Shown here: piece by piece, positions 18,510 to 27,583 of the stretch
How positions within the stretch are numbered: position 1 is the stretch's first letter
Layout of the letters: each line of letters begins with the position of its first letter
From: Candidatus Aenigmatarchaeota archaeon
Lineage (GTDB): Archaea; Aenigmatarchaeota; Aenigmatarchaeia; GW2011-AR5
NCBI GenBank assembly: GCA_016180945.1
Contig: JACPAG010000003.1
Location: 39,312 to 103,311 of the forward strand
Direction of reading: 5' to 3'
DNA: 64,000 nucleotides
Notes under the pieces: generated by a model
Database searches by the model: none
What the model saw: only the letters and a program-made list of their open reading frames with translations
What the model was told of the DNA's origin: nothing
Made by a program: the position numbers and the translations under genes

Positions 18510-19101
18510 GATTATTGCAAGAGGCGCCGAAGCTGTAATCAATCTTGAGAATAACCAAATAATCAAGGAACGCATTAGAAAAGGCTACAGGCTAACGCAA
18601 TTAGATGAAACATTGCGAAAAAAGAGAAACCGCAATGAAGCCTCACTGCTTAGAGAAGCCAGGCGCGCTGGAGTAGACGTTCCGCAGATTTTAGACGAGT
18701 CAGAATTCTCGATAAAAATGGAATTTATTGGCGGCGTAAAAGTCAAGGATGCCATGAACGAAAACAACGCCGAAGAACTGGCAGAAAAAATAGCCGCCTC
18801 CGTTGCAAAGCTCCATAACAAAGGCATAGTGCACGGCGACCTGACAACATCCAATATGATAATTAAGGGCAACAATATTTTCTTCATAGATTTCGGTCTC
18901 GGCTTTTTCTCGCAAAAGGCAGAGGATATGGCAACAGATTTATACCTGCTTCACGAAGCGCTGGAATCAACCCACTTCTCAGTAATGGAAAAAGCGTGGA
19001 AAACAATATTAAATGCCTACAAGGAAGGCTTCAGCGGCGCCGACAAAGTTATTAAAACATTAGCCGAGATAGAAAAGCGGGGAAGGTACAGGGAGAGATA
19101 G
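18508..19101 (+). CDS. bud32: KEOPS kinase Bud32/PRPK
   Basis: RGAEA, KER..KGYR...LD, HGDLTTSN, IDFGL. Confidence 0.95.
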   Translation: MIIARGAEAVINLENNQIIKERIRKGYRLTQLDETLRKKRNRNEASLLREARRAGVDVPQILDESEFSIKMEFIGGVKVKDAMNENNAEELAEKIAASVAKLHNKGIVHGDLTTSNMIIKGNNIFFIDFGLGFFSQKAEDMATDLYLLHEALESTHFSVMEKAWKTILNAYKEGFSGADKVIKTLAEIEKRGRYRER

Positions 19102-19103
19102 TG

Positions 19104-19367
19104 ATGCAGCAACGGATGTTTAGAGTGGCATTGCATGGTTTCGGCTACCCAGGACAAATACCCCCCGATCATGTGATAGGAGAAATAAATGGCGGCGATT
19201 GTCTTCCGCATCAGTGGCCTTCAGTAAGAGAAGGTATACTTCATCAAATGAGAGCAAAAGGTTATCGAACTGAAATAGCAGAAACCCGGGATCCCAATGA
19301 TGGAAGAGTACACTTTATAGCCTACGGCTTTAGGCTGGAACCTATTACGCTGCAATCTGTAGGATGA
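19104..19367 (+). CDS. Orphan ORF after bud32
   Basis: 87-aa ORF abutting the bud32 stop; atypical codons. Confidence 0.45.
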   Translation: MQQRMFRVALHGFGYPGQIPPDHVIGEINGGDCLPHQWPSVREGILHQMRAKGYRTEIAETRDPNDGRVHFIAYGFRLEPITLQSVG

Positions 19368-19372
19368 TATTA

Positions 19373-19555
19373 ATGGCTCGAATGTCTTGAGAAAGCAGCA
19401 GCTTTCTGAGACATCGGGCATCAAATGGTGATGAAGTATAGCCCGAATGCATTCAAAAAGCGGAGCTTTTTGGGGCATCGAGCTATGGAAGAGGTGTTAA
19501 ATATAGCCCGAATGCATTCAAAAAGCGGAGCTTTTTGTAGCACTCTAGCCATAGG
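19373..19555 (+). repeat. Three tandem ~65-bp palindromic units upstream of rps15
   Basis: TATAGCCCGAATGCATTCAAAAAGCGGAGCTTTTTG exact twice, plus one diverged unit. Confidence 0.8.
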
Positions 19556-19566
19556 AAGGGATATCA

Positions 19567-20016
19567 ATGGCTAGAATGCATTCCCGCAAGCACGGACAGC
19601 ACGGCTCGAAAAAGCCTATCAAAAAGATAAAGGTAGACTGGCTTATCTACGATAAGGATGAAGTTGAGAAACTGATTCTTAAGCTGGCCAAGGAAGGGAA
19701 AAGTTCAGCGGAAATAGGGCTCCTGCTTCGCGACCAGTACGGCATCCCCGACGTCCGCTATTTCAAGATGCGAGTCCTTAAGGTTATTGAAAAGGACCAC
19801 AAGAAAGAAGTCCCGGAAGACCTGTACAATCTCATAAAGAAAGCCGTGAATGTCCACAAGCATATGGACTCCAACAGAAAGGACTCAAAAGGCAAGCACG
19901 GCTTGGAGCTTCTGGAATCAAAAATCCGCCGCTTAGGCAAGTACTACGCCAGGACTGGCAAGCTTCCAAAAGGCTGGAAATACAGCATAGACGAAGCAAA
20001 GCTGCTGGTGAAGTAA
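19567..20016 (+). CDS. rps15: 30S ribosomal protein uS15
   Basis: MARMHSRKHG..GS, LRDQYGIP, PEDL, ESKIRRL.KYY. Confidence 0.97.
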   Translation: MARMHSRKHGQHGSKKPIKKIKVDWLIYDKDEVEKLILKLAKEGKSSAEIGLLLRDQYGIPDVRYFKMRVLKVIEKDHKKEVPEDLYNLIKKAVNVHKHMDSNRKDSKGKHGLELLESKIRRLGKYYARTGKLPKGWKYSIDEAKLLVK

Positions 20017-20195
20017 AGTATAATCAATAAGAAATAAGATGACACTCTGTTTCTTCTCAGACCAGACAAACACTTAAAAAGAATCCCGCCAAGTCTTAGA
20101 CATTATAGCATGGCAATCGGCTCATAACTTGAAGGAGCGTAGCGACCAAACATTTATATGGTCGACTAACGACTGGAAGGAGCTAAAATTATTAT

Positions 20196-20226
20196 ATGGC
20201 AATCGACTTGCCGGAGGCAAGGGGAT
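20196..20226 (+). repeat. R1 element upstream of primase
   Basis: ATGGCAATC-GA-CTTGCC-GGA-GGCAAG-GG-GAT-A-ATG. Confidence 0.85.
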
Positions 20227-20227
20227 A

Positions 20228-21595
20228 ATGAACCGCCAGCAGATTTTCGACTATTATTCGCACGACAAAATTTCTTCCATTCTTGTAAACAATTCGAAAG
20301 AGCGCGAAGTGGCAGGCGCTTTCTTCGACGGCACCTATGATTCCCGCCCTAACGCACTCCAGTTTGACAGCGACGTAACCCAGATGGTTAAAAAGGGCGT
20401 CGTCTCGTTCCACTATTCCGTCGAGCACTGGAAAAATCCGATGGCCATTCAGGAGAAAAATTACAATAAGCTTCGTGCCGGCTGGGACCTCTTGATAGAC
20501 ATAGACTCGAAACTGGGGCTGGAAGAATCGAAAGCTGCCGTGATGATTATACGGAATTTTTTGGAAAAGTATGGCATAAAAAATTTCGGCCTTAAGTTTT
20601 CCGGCCGCCGCGGCTTTCACGTATGCCTGCCGTGGATAATGTTTCCGAAAGAGATAAATTACAGCAAAGCCGAGGTTATGTATCCGGAAGTCCCGCGGAT
20701 TCTCTCCTCCTTTTTGAGGGACAAAATTTCCGGCGAACTCATGAAAGAGCTGCTGAAGAAAAAGAGCGCGAAAGAGCTGATAGCCACCTTGGAAGAGCCG
20801 CCCTCGTCCCTTTCACCTTATTTCTTCGTTGAAGTCGAAAAAAACTGGGGCAACCGGCATATGTTCCGCGCGCCGTTCAGCCTGAACGAGAAAACGTGGC
20901 TCGTTTCGCTGCCGATGAAATATTCAGACATCGTTGCTTTTTCCGCTGAAAAAGCCACGCCGCAGAACGCTTTGAATTCCGGCTTTGAAGATTTTTTTGT
21001 AGGCGAGGAAAACGAGGCCGAGGCATTTTTGATAGACGCCATGGACTGGCATTCTATGCAGCAGAAAGAAAAACCCAAAATAACAAAAAAAATTTATTAT
21101 GAAAACAAGATGCCCGCTGAGGCTTTTCCGCCATGCATCAAGACCGTTCTTGCTGGCCTGGCCGACGGCCGGAAAAGAAGCCTTTTTACGCTGATAAATT
21201 TCCTGCGCATGATGAACTGGCCCTGGCAGGAAGTGGAGCAAACGGTTTTTGAATGGAACGAAAAAAACAGGCCGCCGCTGCCGAGGAACATTATAATTTC
21301 CCAGTTAAGATGGTGCCAGATAAACCAACGTACGCCGGCAAACTGCCCGCCTGACGGCGAGATGTACTACGTCTCGACAGGTATTTGCAAACCGGACGAG
21401 ATATGCAAGGCAGGAACAGAAAAAATAGTCATAAAAAATCCCATCGTTTATCCGTTCAAGAAGATGAAAAAATTAAAAAAGGTCAAGCCTGTTTATCGCG
21501 GTTATTCCTGCATGCGATGCAAGAAAGAGTTCAAATCCATGGCGAGCCTTAATATGCACAAATCGAGAATGCACGGGATTTCAGATGCAGCGTAA
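20228..21595 (+). CDS. Fused PriS-PriL DNA primase with C-terminal C2H2 finger
   Basis: AEP motifs DLLIDID, FSGRRGFH, RAPFSLNEK; PriL FPPCI...C...C...C...KNP; terminal CxxC...H...H. Confidence 0.88.
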   Translation: MNRQQIFDYYSHDKISSILVNNSKEREVAGAFFDGTYDSRPNALQFDSDVTQMVKKGVVSFHYSVEHWKNPMAIQEKNYNKLRAGWDLLIDIDSKLGLEESKAAVMIIRNFLEKYGIKNFGLKFSGRRGFHVCLPWIMFPKEINYSKAEVMYPEVPRILSSFLRDKISGELMKELLKKKSAKELIATLEEPPSSLSPYFFVEVEKNWGNRHMFRAPFSLNEKTWLVSLPMKYSDIVAFSAEKATPQNALNSGFEDFFVGEENEAEAFLIDAMDWHSMQQKEKPKITKKIYYENKMPAEAFPPCIKTVLAGLADGRKRSLFTLINFLRMMNWPWQEVEQTVFEWNEKNRPPLPRNIIISQLRWCQINQRTPANCPPDGEMYYVSTGICKPDEICKAGTEKIVIKNPIVYPFKKMKKLKKVKPVYRGYSCMRCKKEFKSMASLNMHKSRMHGISDAA

Positions 21596-22438
21596 CTATT
21601 GTGACTTTATTGCCAGATAACCGCCTAGAATTATAAGCGCTCCTCCCACAAACGTGAATGCTGTCGGCACTTCGGACAGCAGAAAGAATGCGTAGGTTGT
21701 ACCCGCAACAGGTTCCAGATAACCAAGAATTCCAGCATGCTGGGCTTTTACGTGCTTAATTCCGAATGCGTGTATCAAGCTGCTGGCAACTGTGAAAATC
21801 ATAGCTGTAATGAAAAGCAGCACCAAAATTGACGCATTTATTGCAGGAGCTTCTAGCATAACAAAAGGAAACAGTATCAATGCGCTTATCACATACCGGT
21901 ACAGCATCATATGAAGGACGCTAAGTCCTTTTAGGATGTGTTTGTAAACAATTATCACAAGGGCATAGAATAATCCTGAAACGATGCCAAACATTATGCC
22001 CAACGAGCTGGTTGCTAATGACAGTCCTGAATACACAATGATAAATAAGCCGGAAAACGAAAGCACCAGAGCTATCAGCGTGGACTTTTCCAGTTTCTCT
22101 TTTATCAGAAAAGGTGCCAATAATGCAACAAAAACAGGGGCGGTGTAATGAGTAAGTATCGCATTTGATATAGTCGTTAGGCGGAAGGCGTTGAAATAAA
22201 ACAAATCGTTTGCAACTGCCACTATTGCCAAGATGACAAGAAATTTTAACGCGGTCTTTATTTTAATATTTTCTTTTACCGATTTCAACAGAAAGAACAG
22301 AGTTATAGAAGCGAAAACCTGCATGAAGAACAATAAGGTTATTGTACTTGTAGGCACGAATCTTACGAACAGCCCCATCGACCCGAAAATAAACATCGCA
22401 AGAATTATCAGAATACTGCCCTTCACTTCGTCTTTCAT
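21596..22438 (-). CDS. EamA/DMT family transporter
   Basis: ~10 TM; YTAPVFVALLAPFLIKE, YLEPV, LSE. Confidence 0.9.
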   Translation of the reverse strand: MKDEVKGSILIILAMFIFGSMGLFVRFVPTSTITLLFFMQVFASITLFFLLKSVKENIKIKTALKFLVILAIVAVANDLFYFNAFRLTTISNAILTHYTAPVFVALLAPFLIKEKLEKSTLIALVLSFSGLFIIVYSGLSLATSSLGIMFGIVSGLFYALVIIVYKHILKGLSVLHMMLYRYVISALILFPFVMLEAPAINASILVLLFITAMIFTVASSLIHAFGIKHVKAQHAGILGYLEPVAGTTYAFFLLSEVPTAFTFVGGALIILGGYLAIKSQ

Positions 22439-22504
22439 GTGCTAAACCTGAAATCATAAATTTTAATACTTTCCATCCAAAGCTAGTTTAAGGTTTGAAC
22501 TATT

Positions 22505-23035
22505 ATGTTAACGTTTGAAAAAATCCGTGACTTGGAACGAGCAGAGCGCGAATCAAAAGGGCTGCAGAAGCTTCCGGACAATTTGATGGAAGAGATAAGA
22601 AGCTACATACACAAAAAAGAAAAACTGGCAGACAGCTCGGCCATAATCGAGATGGAAAACGTCAAGAATATTATAAAGAGGTTTTTTGAGCTGCGGGAAA
22701 CAAAGCTCGTATCCCTGGCATTGTACAGCGTCAAAACAAACCTGCCGGTAGAAAATCTGACAAAGGAAGAAGAAACCCTTTTTTCTGCCCTGGCAGAAAA
22801 AATAAAGAATTTCCGCCAATCCTTCTTTTCAGAGCTCCAGAATCCGGTTCCGGAACAAGCGAAAGAAGTGAAGAACGAAGTCTACAGGGTGAAGAAATCC
22901 ACTCCCGAATTCGTGGGGCCTGATTTGAAATTGTACAGGTTTAATGAGAACGAGCTGATAGACGTTTCTGTTTTGCCAAAGCCTTTAAATGATTTGTTGC
23001 TCAAGGAAGGGGTTATTGAGAAGGTTGTGGAATAA
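22505..23035 (+). CDS. GINS complex protein (Gins15-like)
   Basis: ERES..LQKLP, ELRETKL, PEFVGPDLKLY; primase-gins-rpl44e synteny. Confidence 0.85.
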   Translation: MLTFEKIRDLERAERESKGLQKLPDNLMEEIRSYIHKKEKLADSSAIIEMENVKNIIKRFFELRETKLVSLALYSVKTNLPVENLTKEEETLFSALAEKIKNFRQSFFSELQNPVPEQAKEVKNEVYRVKKSTPEFVGPDLKLYRFNENELIDVSVLPKPLNDLLLKEGVIEKVVE

Positions 23036-23108
23036 GGAAATATAAATACAAAATGGTTTTGACTTAAAAAGTAAAGGGAGAAGGAACGGAGCGACCTACT
23101 ATTGTAAA

Positions 23109-23137
23109 ATGGCTATCGACTTGCGGAGCAAGGGGAT
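23109..23137 (+). repeat. R1 element upstream of rpl44e
   Basis: ATGGCTATC-GA-CTTGC-GGA-GCAAG-GG-GAT-A-ATG. Confidence 0.85.
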
Positions 23138-23138
23138 A

Positions 23139-23420
23139 ATGATTATACCAAAAATCCAGATGCGTTATTGCAAGTTCTGCAAAAAACACACAGAGCACAC
23201 GGTCGAAGAAGCGAAGAGACGGCCAAGAAAACAGAACAGCAAAAGCCAGCGCCGGTTTCTCCGCAAGTTAAAAGGTTACGGCTCGTTCCCTAAGGAAAAC
23301 CCGAAAGGAAGGGAAAAGCCGACCAGGAAGACGGATTTCCGCTATGTCTGCAAGGAGTGCGGAAAAAAGCATACATTAGGCACTGGCTTCAGGATAAAAA
23401 AGATAGAGTTCAAGAAGTGA
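23139..23420 (+). CDS. rpl44e: 50S ribosomal protein eL42/L44e
   Basis: YCKFCKKHTEH, QRRF.R, KPTRK, CKECGK. Confidence 0.95.
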   Translation: MIIPKIQMRYCKFCKKHTEHTVEEAKRRPRKQNSKSQRRFLRKLKGYGSFPKENPKGREKPTRKTDFRYVCKECGKKHTLGTGFRIKKIEFKK

Positions 23421-23446
23421 ACGACTGAAGGGATGATAAAAATAAT

Positions 23447-23487
23447 ATGGCATACGACTATGTCGCTCATAGCGACAGAGGGGTATT
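23447..23487 (+). repeat. R1 variant upstream of DUF106
   Basis: ATGGC-ATAC-GA-CTATGTCGCT-CAT-AGCGACAGAG-GG-GTAT (compensatory ATAC/GTAT). Confidence 0.8.
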
Positions 23488-23490
23488 ATT

Positions 23491-24099
23491 ATGAATTCCG
23501 CTCTTTTTGTGCTGCTGTTTTCTGTTCTCGTCTTATTCGTCATGAACATCCCTTATAAGTTCCTCATAAACCAGAACGAGGCCAGGGCAATAAAAGCCCG
23601 TGTCAAAGAGCTGCAGGAAAAGAGCAAATACGTGAGAAGGCAGGGAAACCAGAAAATGGCGTCGCAGATTATGGGCGACTCCTTCCGCGAAAGCAGCAAG
23701 CTGACAAAGATGTCCCTGAAGCCCATGCTGCTCTCCCTTGTTATCGTTTTTATTGCGCTGCCTTTGTTAAGCAACGCGTATAGCGACCATGTAGTGGAGC
23801 TGAAAGACAACAAATCCAATATAACAATCAATGGCAATACCTACGACATCAGCGTAGCCGATAAAGTCATAACCATCGGAAATGTAACATGCGAATCGCC
23901 ATGCATGAAGAAAAACATCGGCGGCGGTTTATGGAACGTGAATGTCAACAGCAACAAAGTAGAATTTGCACGCATCGTCGCCCTGCTGCCTGTTTCCCTG
24001 CCGGTATTCGCCGACGATGCCGGCTGGCTGGGATGGTACCTTATAATCTCCATTCCCGTCATGATTCTCCAGAGGAAGCTGATGAAAATACACGTTTGA
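23491..24099 (+). CDS. DUF106 / EMC3-TMCO1 (Oxa1 superfamily) membrane protein
   Basis: TM, coiled coil, KPML, C-terminal GWLGWY. Confidence 0.85.
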   Translation: MNSALFVLLFSVLVLFVMNIPYKFLINQNEARAIKARVKELQEKSKYVRRQGNQKMASQIMGDSFRESSKLTKMSLKPMLLSLVIVFIALPLLSNAYSDHVVELKDNKSNITINGNTYDISVADKVITIGNVTCESPCMKKNIGGGLWNVNVNSNKVEFARIVALLPVSLPVFADDAGWLGWYLIISIPVMILQRKLMKIHV

Positions 24100-24243
24100 A
24101 GTAATACCAAATAAAAGTAGTCCAATTATTGACTTCTTAATGGGCTGATGTACCGGAAGTATGCTAGAACTATTTTTTGCAATGAACACTTCCATCTTTC
24201 CAGCATACTTATCTATTAATCTCTTGTATCCAAACAAATAATT

Positions 24244-25185
24244 ATGTCAGATTTTCTTGTCAAATCAGCAGATATCCCAAACCTTGAATACGGCAAATAC
24301 CCCGGCTCAAGAAGCGTGGAAGAGCTGATAAGGAACGGAATAATTATTCTGGACAAATGGTGCGGCCCGACAAGCCATGACGTGGCAGCAACCGTAAAGA
24401 AGCTTTTCGGATTAAAAAAAACAGGAAACTCAGGAACACTGGACCCTGCCGTTTCCGGCATACTTCCAATCACTCTGGAAAACGCCTGTAAAGTCATTCC
24501 GGCGTTGCAGCACCTGGACAAGGAATACGTTGGCGTCATGCATCTGCACAAGGATGTGACCGACGAAAAACTGAACCAGGCAATAAAGAAATTCGTCGGC
24601 CAGATAATCCAGCTGCCGCCTGTAAGAAGCGCCGTCGCCAGGCGTGAAAGAAAAAGAAACATATACTCATTTAAAATGCTCGACAGAAAAGGCAAGGATG
24701 CCGTCTTTCAGGTTAGCTGCGAAGCTGGGACGTACATAAGAAAGCTCATCTCTGATTTAGGCAGGGATATAGGCGGCGCCCATATGGCAGAACTGCGGCG
24801 CATAAGGGTCGGAAGATTTGCCGAACCTGTTAGAATACAGGACGTTGTCGATGCATATCATCTCTGGAAAGAGGGTGGCGACGAATCCATCCGTGATTTT
24901 GTTTTGCCGGTAGAAGCTGCCGTAGAGCATCTGGGCAAAATCATCATCAAGGATTCGGCCGTTTCAGCCGTAGCCAACGGCTCGCCGCTGTACACAGGTG
25001 GCATAAGCAGGATACAAAAAAACATACAGAAAGACGATTTGGTAGCCATACTCACGCTGAAGGGCGAACTCGTGGCATTGGCAAAAGCGGTTGCCACAAG
25101 CGAAGAAATGCTGAAAAAGGGGTTAGCTGCTAAAATAGACCGCGTGATAATGGAAAAGGGAATTTACCAAGCCAAGTCCGAATAA
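24244..25185 (+). CDS. truB: H/ACA pseudouridine synthase Cbf5
   Basis: DKWCGPTSH, SGTLDP, QLPPVRSAV, EAGTYIR, PUA domain. Confidence 0.95.
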   Translation: MSDFLVKSADIPNLEYGKYPGSRSVEELIRNGIIILDKWCGPTSHDVAATVKKLFGLKKTGNSGTLDPAVSGILPITLENACKVIPALQHLDKEYVGVMHLHKDVTDEKLNQAIKKFVGQIIQLPPVRSAVARRERKRNIYSFKMLDRKGKDAVFQVSCEAGTYIRKLISDLGRDIGGAHMAELRRIRVGRFAEPVRIQDVVDAYHLWKEGGDESIRDFVLPVEAAVEHLGKIIIKDSAVSAVANGSPLYTGGISRIQKNIQKDDLVAILTLKGELVALAKAVATSEEMLKKGLAAKIDRVIMEKGIYQAKSE

Positions 25186-25215
25186 CTTTATAAAATTACT
25201 GCGTGTATTGTTCTC

Positions 25216-26919
25216 ATGTATTTCGGCCGTGTTCTGGGATTAGGCTTGACGCCGTCAGGCAAGCCCGCTGCAGTTTACGCCGTCTCCGGTCGTTCCGCAC
25301 TTAGCAAGGCAAGAAAGGCAGTTATCCATAAAGATGCCGTCACAATAGAGCCAACAGTTTCGCTGGAAGGCCAGCAGGATGTTAAGGATCTGCTATTTTA
25401 CAACGCAATAAGAATTCACAACAGCAGATTAGTCTTAGGTAATGGCGTCCATGTTGATAGCATTTTGGACAGTTCTATAAAAAGCGTCCTGGATAAGTTC
25501 GGTCCTGAAAATGATGTATACAAAACGCCGAGAATAGCAGGCGTCATAGACGGCAATAAATTTTCTGTTGGGATGATAAAAGAAGATAACAGCGCATTTG
25601 AAACGGACATAAATCCTTCATCCGGTTTTTATGCAATCTCCACTTATTCTGGCGAAGCCGAACCAAAAGTTCACGATTTCAAAAATTTATCAGATATAGC
25701 AATACATCTTAATTTTTCCGGCGAGACAGCGCAGGAATTGGCAGACAGCGCATTCAAATGGCTTGACGCAAATCTGGCCGTATGTACAGCAGCAGCCGTA
25801 TTTGACGGAAGTTGGAAGATAGCCGTGCATAACAAGACCACCCATAATAAGGGAGCTTATAGTGAGCAAAAAATAGGAAATCATCCGGAGAAAATAGTTA
25901 TTACAGAGCATTTTGGCGATGGCGCAAAAACACGCGTATTCGAAAAGGTCTCGGACCTGAGATACGCAACCAATCCCGGCCAGGCAGCAGCTTTTTACGG
26001 GCACGATTCGCTTCTGGGCAGAATAGCAATAATCAAATCCGGTAAAGGTGGTTTGTCCCAGACGAACATAGAAGACGTATTCTACGCCTTGGACACGCTG
26101 AAATATTTTTCCGTCACCTCTTGCATCGTGATGAAGCACGAAAATCCCAGCGGTTTTGCGAAAACCGCTTCCGGTCCTCTAGTAGATGTTTACAAAAAAG
26201 CCCGCGATTGCGACTATCAGGCAGCCTTCGGCGGCGTTGTTGCATTTAACTCATCGGTCGATAAAGAAACGGCAGAGGAGATAGCAAAAACTTTTGTGGA
26301 GGTCGTAGTCGCTCCTGATTATGATTCTGATGCCATTGAAATTTTGAACAAAAGCAAAAACATCCGGGTCCTCAAATTTGACGACGCTCATCTTAAATCA
26401 CTGCCAAAATTTACAGGCGATAAATTTTCTGCGGAGTTCAGGATTCTGGGAAATGCGCTTCTCAGGTACGACCCGTATTTGACGTCTATCAAATCTGCAG
26501 AAAATCTCACGAAATATGTCGTTTCCGGAAATCCTTCTGCGAAAGAACTGGACGACCTGCTGACCGCATGGTACGTGTGCATAGGCGTCCGTTCCAATGC
26601 TATCGTCCTCGTCAAAAACAGCCATACAATCGGCATCGGGACAGGCCAGCAGGACAGGATAACGGCTATGAAACTTGCCATATGGAAAAACAAGGAACTG
26701 CATAATGACGATGAATTTTCTGCGGAAGGCGCATCGCTCGCCAGTGACGGCTTTTTCCCTTTCACAGACTCGATAGAATTTGCAGCAAAGAGCGGCGTAA
26801 AATATATCGTTCTGCCAGTGGGTGGTCAGAAATGGGATGAAGTGGTTAGAAAAGCCCAGGACTTGGGTATAGTCCTTGTCGGCTTACCCCCGGAAGAAAG
26901 GTGTTTTTCTCACCATTAA
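25216..26919 (+). CDS. Fusion of archaeal IMP cyclohydrolase PurO (N-terminal ~205 aa) and PurH-type AICAR transformylase
   Basis: MYFGR, SGRS, YNAI, GNG.H.D, TPRIAG, ISTY (PurO); LRY..NP.Q, KHENPSG, AFGGV, SNAIV, G.GQQDR, ASDGFFPF (AICARFT). Confidence 0.85.
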   Translation: MYFGRVLGLGLTPSGKPAAVYAVSGRSALSKARKAVIHKDAVTIEPTVSLEGQQDVKDLLFYNAIRIHNSRLVLGNGVHVDSILDSSIKSVLDKFGPENDVYKTPRIAGVIDGNKFSVGMIKEDNSAFETDINPSSGFYAISTYSGEAEPKVHDFKNLSDIAIHLNFSGETAQELADSAFKWLDANLAVCTAAAVFDGSWKIAVHNKTTHNKGAYSEQKIGNHPEKIVITEHFGDGAKTRVFEKVSDLRYATNPGQAAAFYGHDSLLGRIAIIKSGKGGLSQTNIEDVFYALDTLKYFSVTSCIVMKHENPSGFAKTASGPLVDVYKKARDCDYQAAFGGVVAFNSSVDKETAEEIAKTFVEVVVAPDYDSDAIEILNKSKNIRVLKFDDAHLKSLPKFTGDKFSAEFRILGNALLRYDPYLTSIKSAENLTKYVVSGNPSAKELDDLLTAWYVCIGVRSNAIVLVKNSHTIGIGTGQQDRITAMKLAIWKNKELHNDDEFSAEGASLASDGFFPFTDSIEFAAKSGVKYIVLPVGGQKWDEVVRKAQDLGIVLVGLPPEERCFSHH

Positions 26920-26956
26920 ACCCTTTGTTTAAAAGCTTTTTTGTTTTACTATTCCA

Positions 26957-27028
26957 TACAAGCGAACCACCAGTTTCGGACTGGTGGTTCGTGGTGTAAA
27001 AAACTTTGTCGATGCAAAGGTTTTTCAC
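26957..27028 (+). mobile_element. R2 palindromic element, short copy
   Basis: GAACCACCAGT..ACTGGTGGTTC hairpin plus GTG.AAAAA.CTTTG..CAAAGGTTTTTCAC hairpin. Confidence 0.7.
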
Positions 27029-27050
27029 AAAGGAAAACAGGTGATTTGTC

Positions 27051-27443
27051 ATTACTGACGTTTTAATCATTGCAGCTTCTAAATCAGATGAAGAGATAGT
27101 CAGGAAAGTAACTGGAATTCTGGACAGCTACAGGGTTGTCTACAAAGTCGAATACGCCTCTGCGCACCGGGAGCCCGAAAGGGTAACGACGATAGTGAAG
27201 AATTCTGATGCAAAAGTCTTCGTAGCCATAGCCGGCTTGGCAGCCGCCCTGCCGGGCTTTGTCGCCTCAATGACAAACAAGCCTGTCATAGGCGTTCCTG
27301 TTTCTGCAAAACTCGGCGGTCTTGACGCATTGCTTTCGGTTGTCCAGATGCCAAAAGGAATTCCTGTCGCAGCAGTCGGCATAGATAACGGCGAAAACGC
27401 CGGCCATCTGGCAAAAAGGATTCTGGATGCAGGCAGGGCATAG
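27051..27443 (+). CDS. purE: PurE (AIR carboxylase/N5-CAIR mutase), apparent ATT start
   Basis: [55 protein letters not shown] 6 nt upstream of ATT. Confidence 0.9.
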   Translation: MTDVLIIAASKSDEEIVRKVTGILDSYRVVYKVEYASAHREPERVTTIVKNSDAKVFVAIAGLAAALPGFVASMTNKPVIGVPVSAKLGGLDALLSVVQMPKGIPVAAVGIDNGENAGHLAKRILDAGRA

Positions 27444-27554
27444 CAGGTCACAAAATAAATAATACAATCGAAGAACTTTGTTCTTCGATGCACCGAAGAA
27501 CCTCTGGTTCTTCTTGTGTGGCAATCGACTTGCGGAGAAAAGTACCAGTATAAA

Positions 27555-27583
27555 ATGGCACTCGACACGCGGAGCGTGGGGAG
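27555..27583 (+). repeat. R1 variant upstream of purC (degenerate copy at 27518)
   Basis: ATGGCA-CTC-GA-CACGC-GGA-GCGTG-GG-GAG-ATG (compensatory CTC/GAG). Confidence 0.8.

Noticed and set aside
19373..19555. CRISPR array
   Set aside because: Only two exact units, the would-be spacers are the complementary arms, and there are no cas genes in the window.
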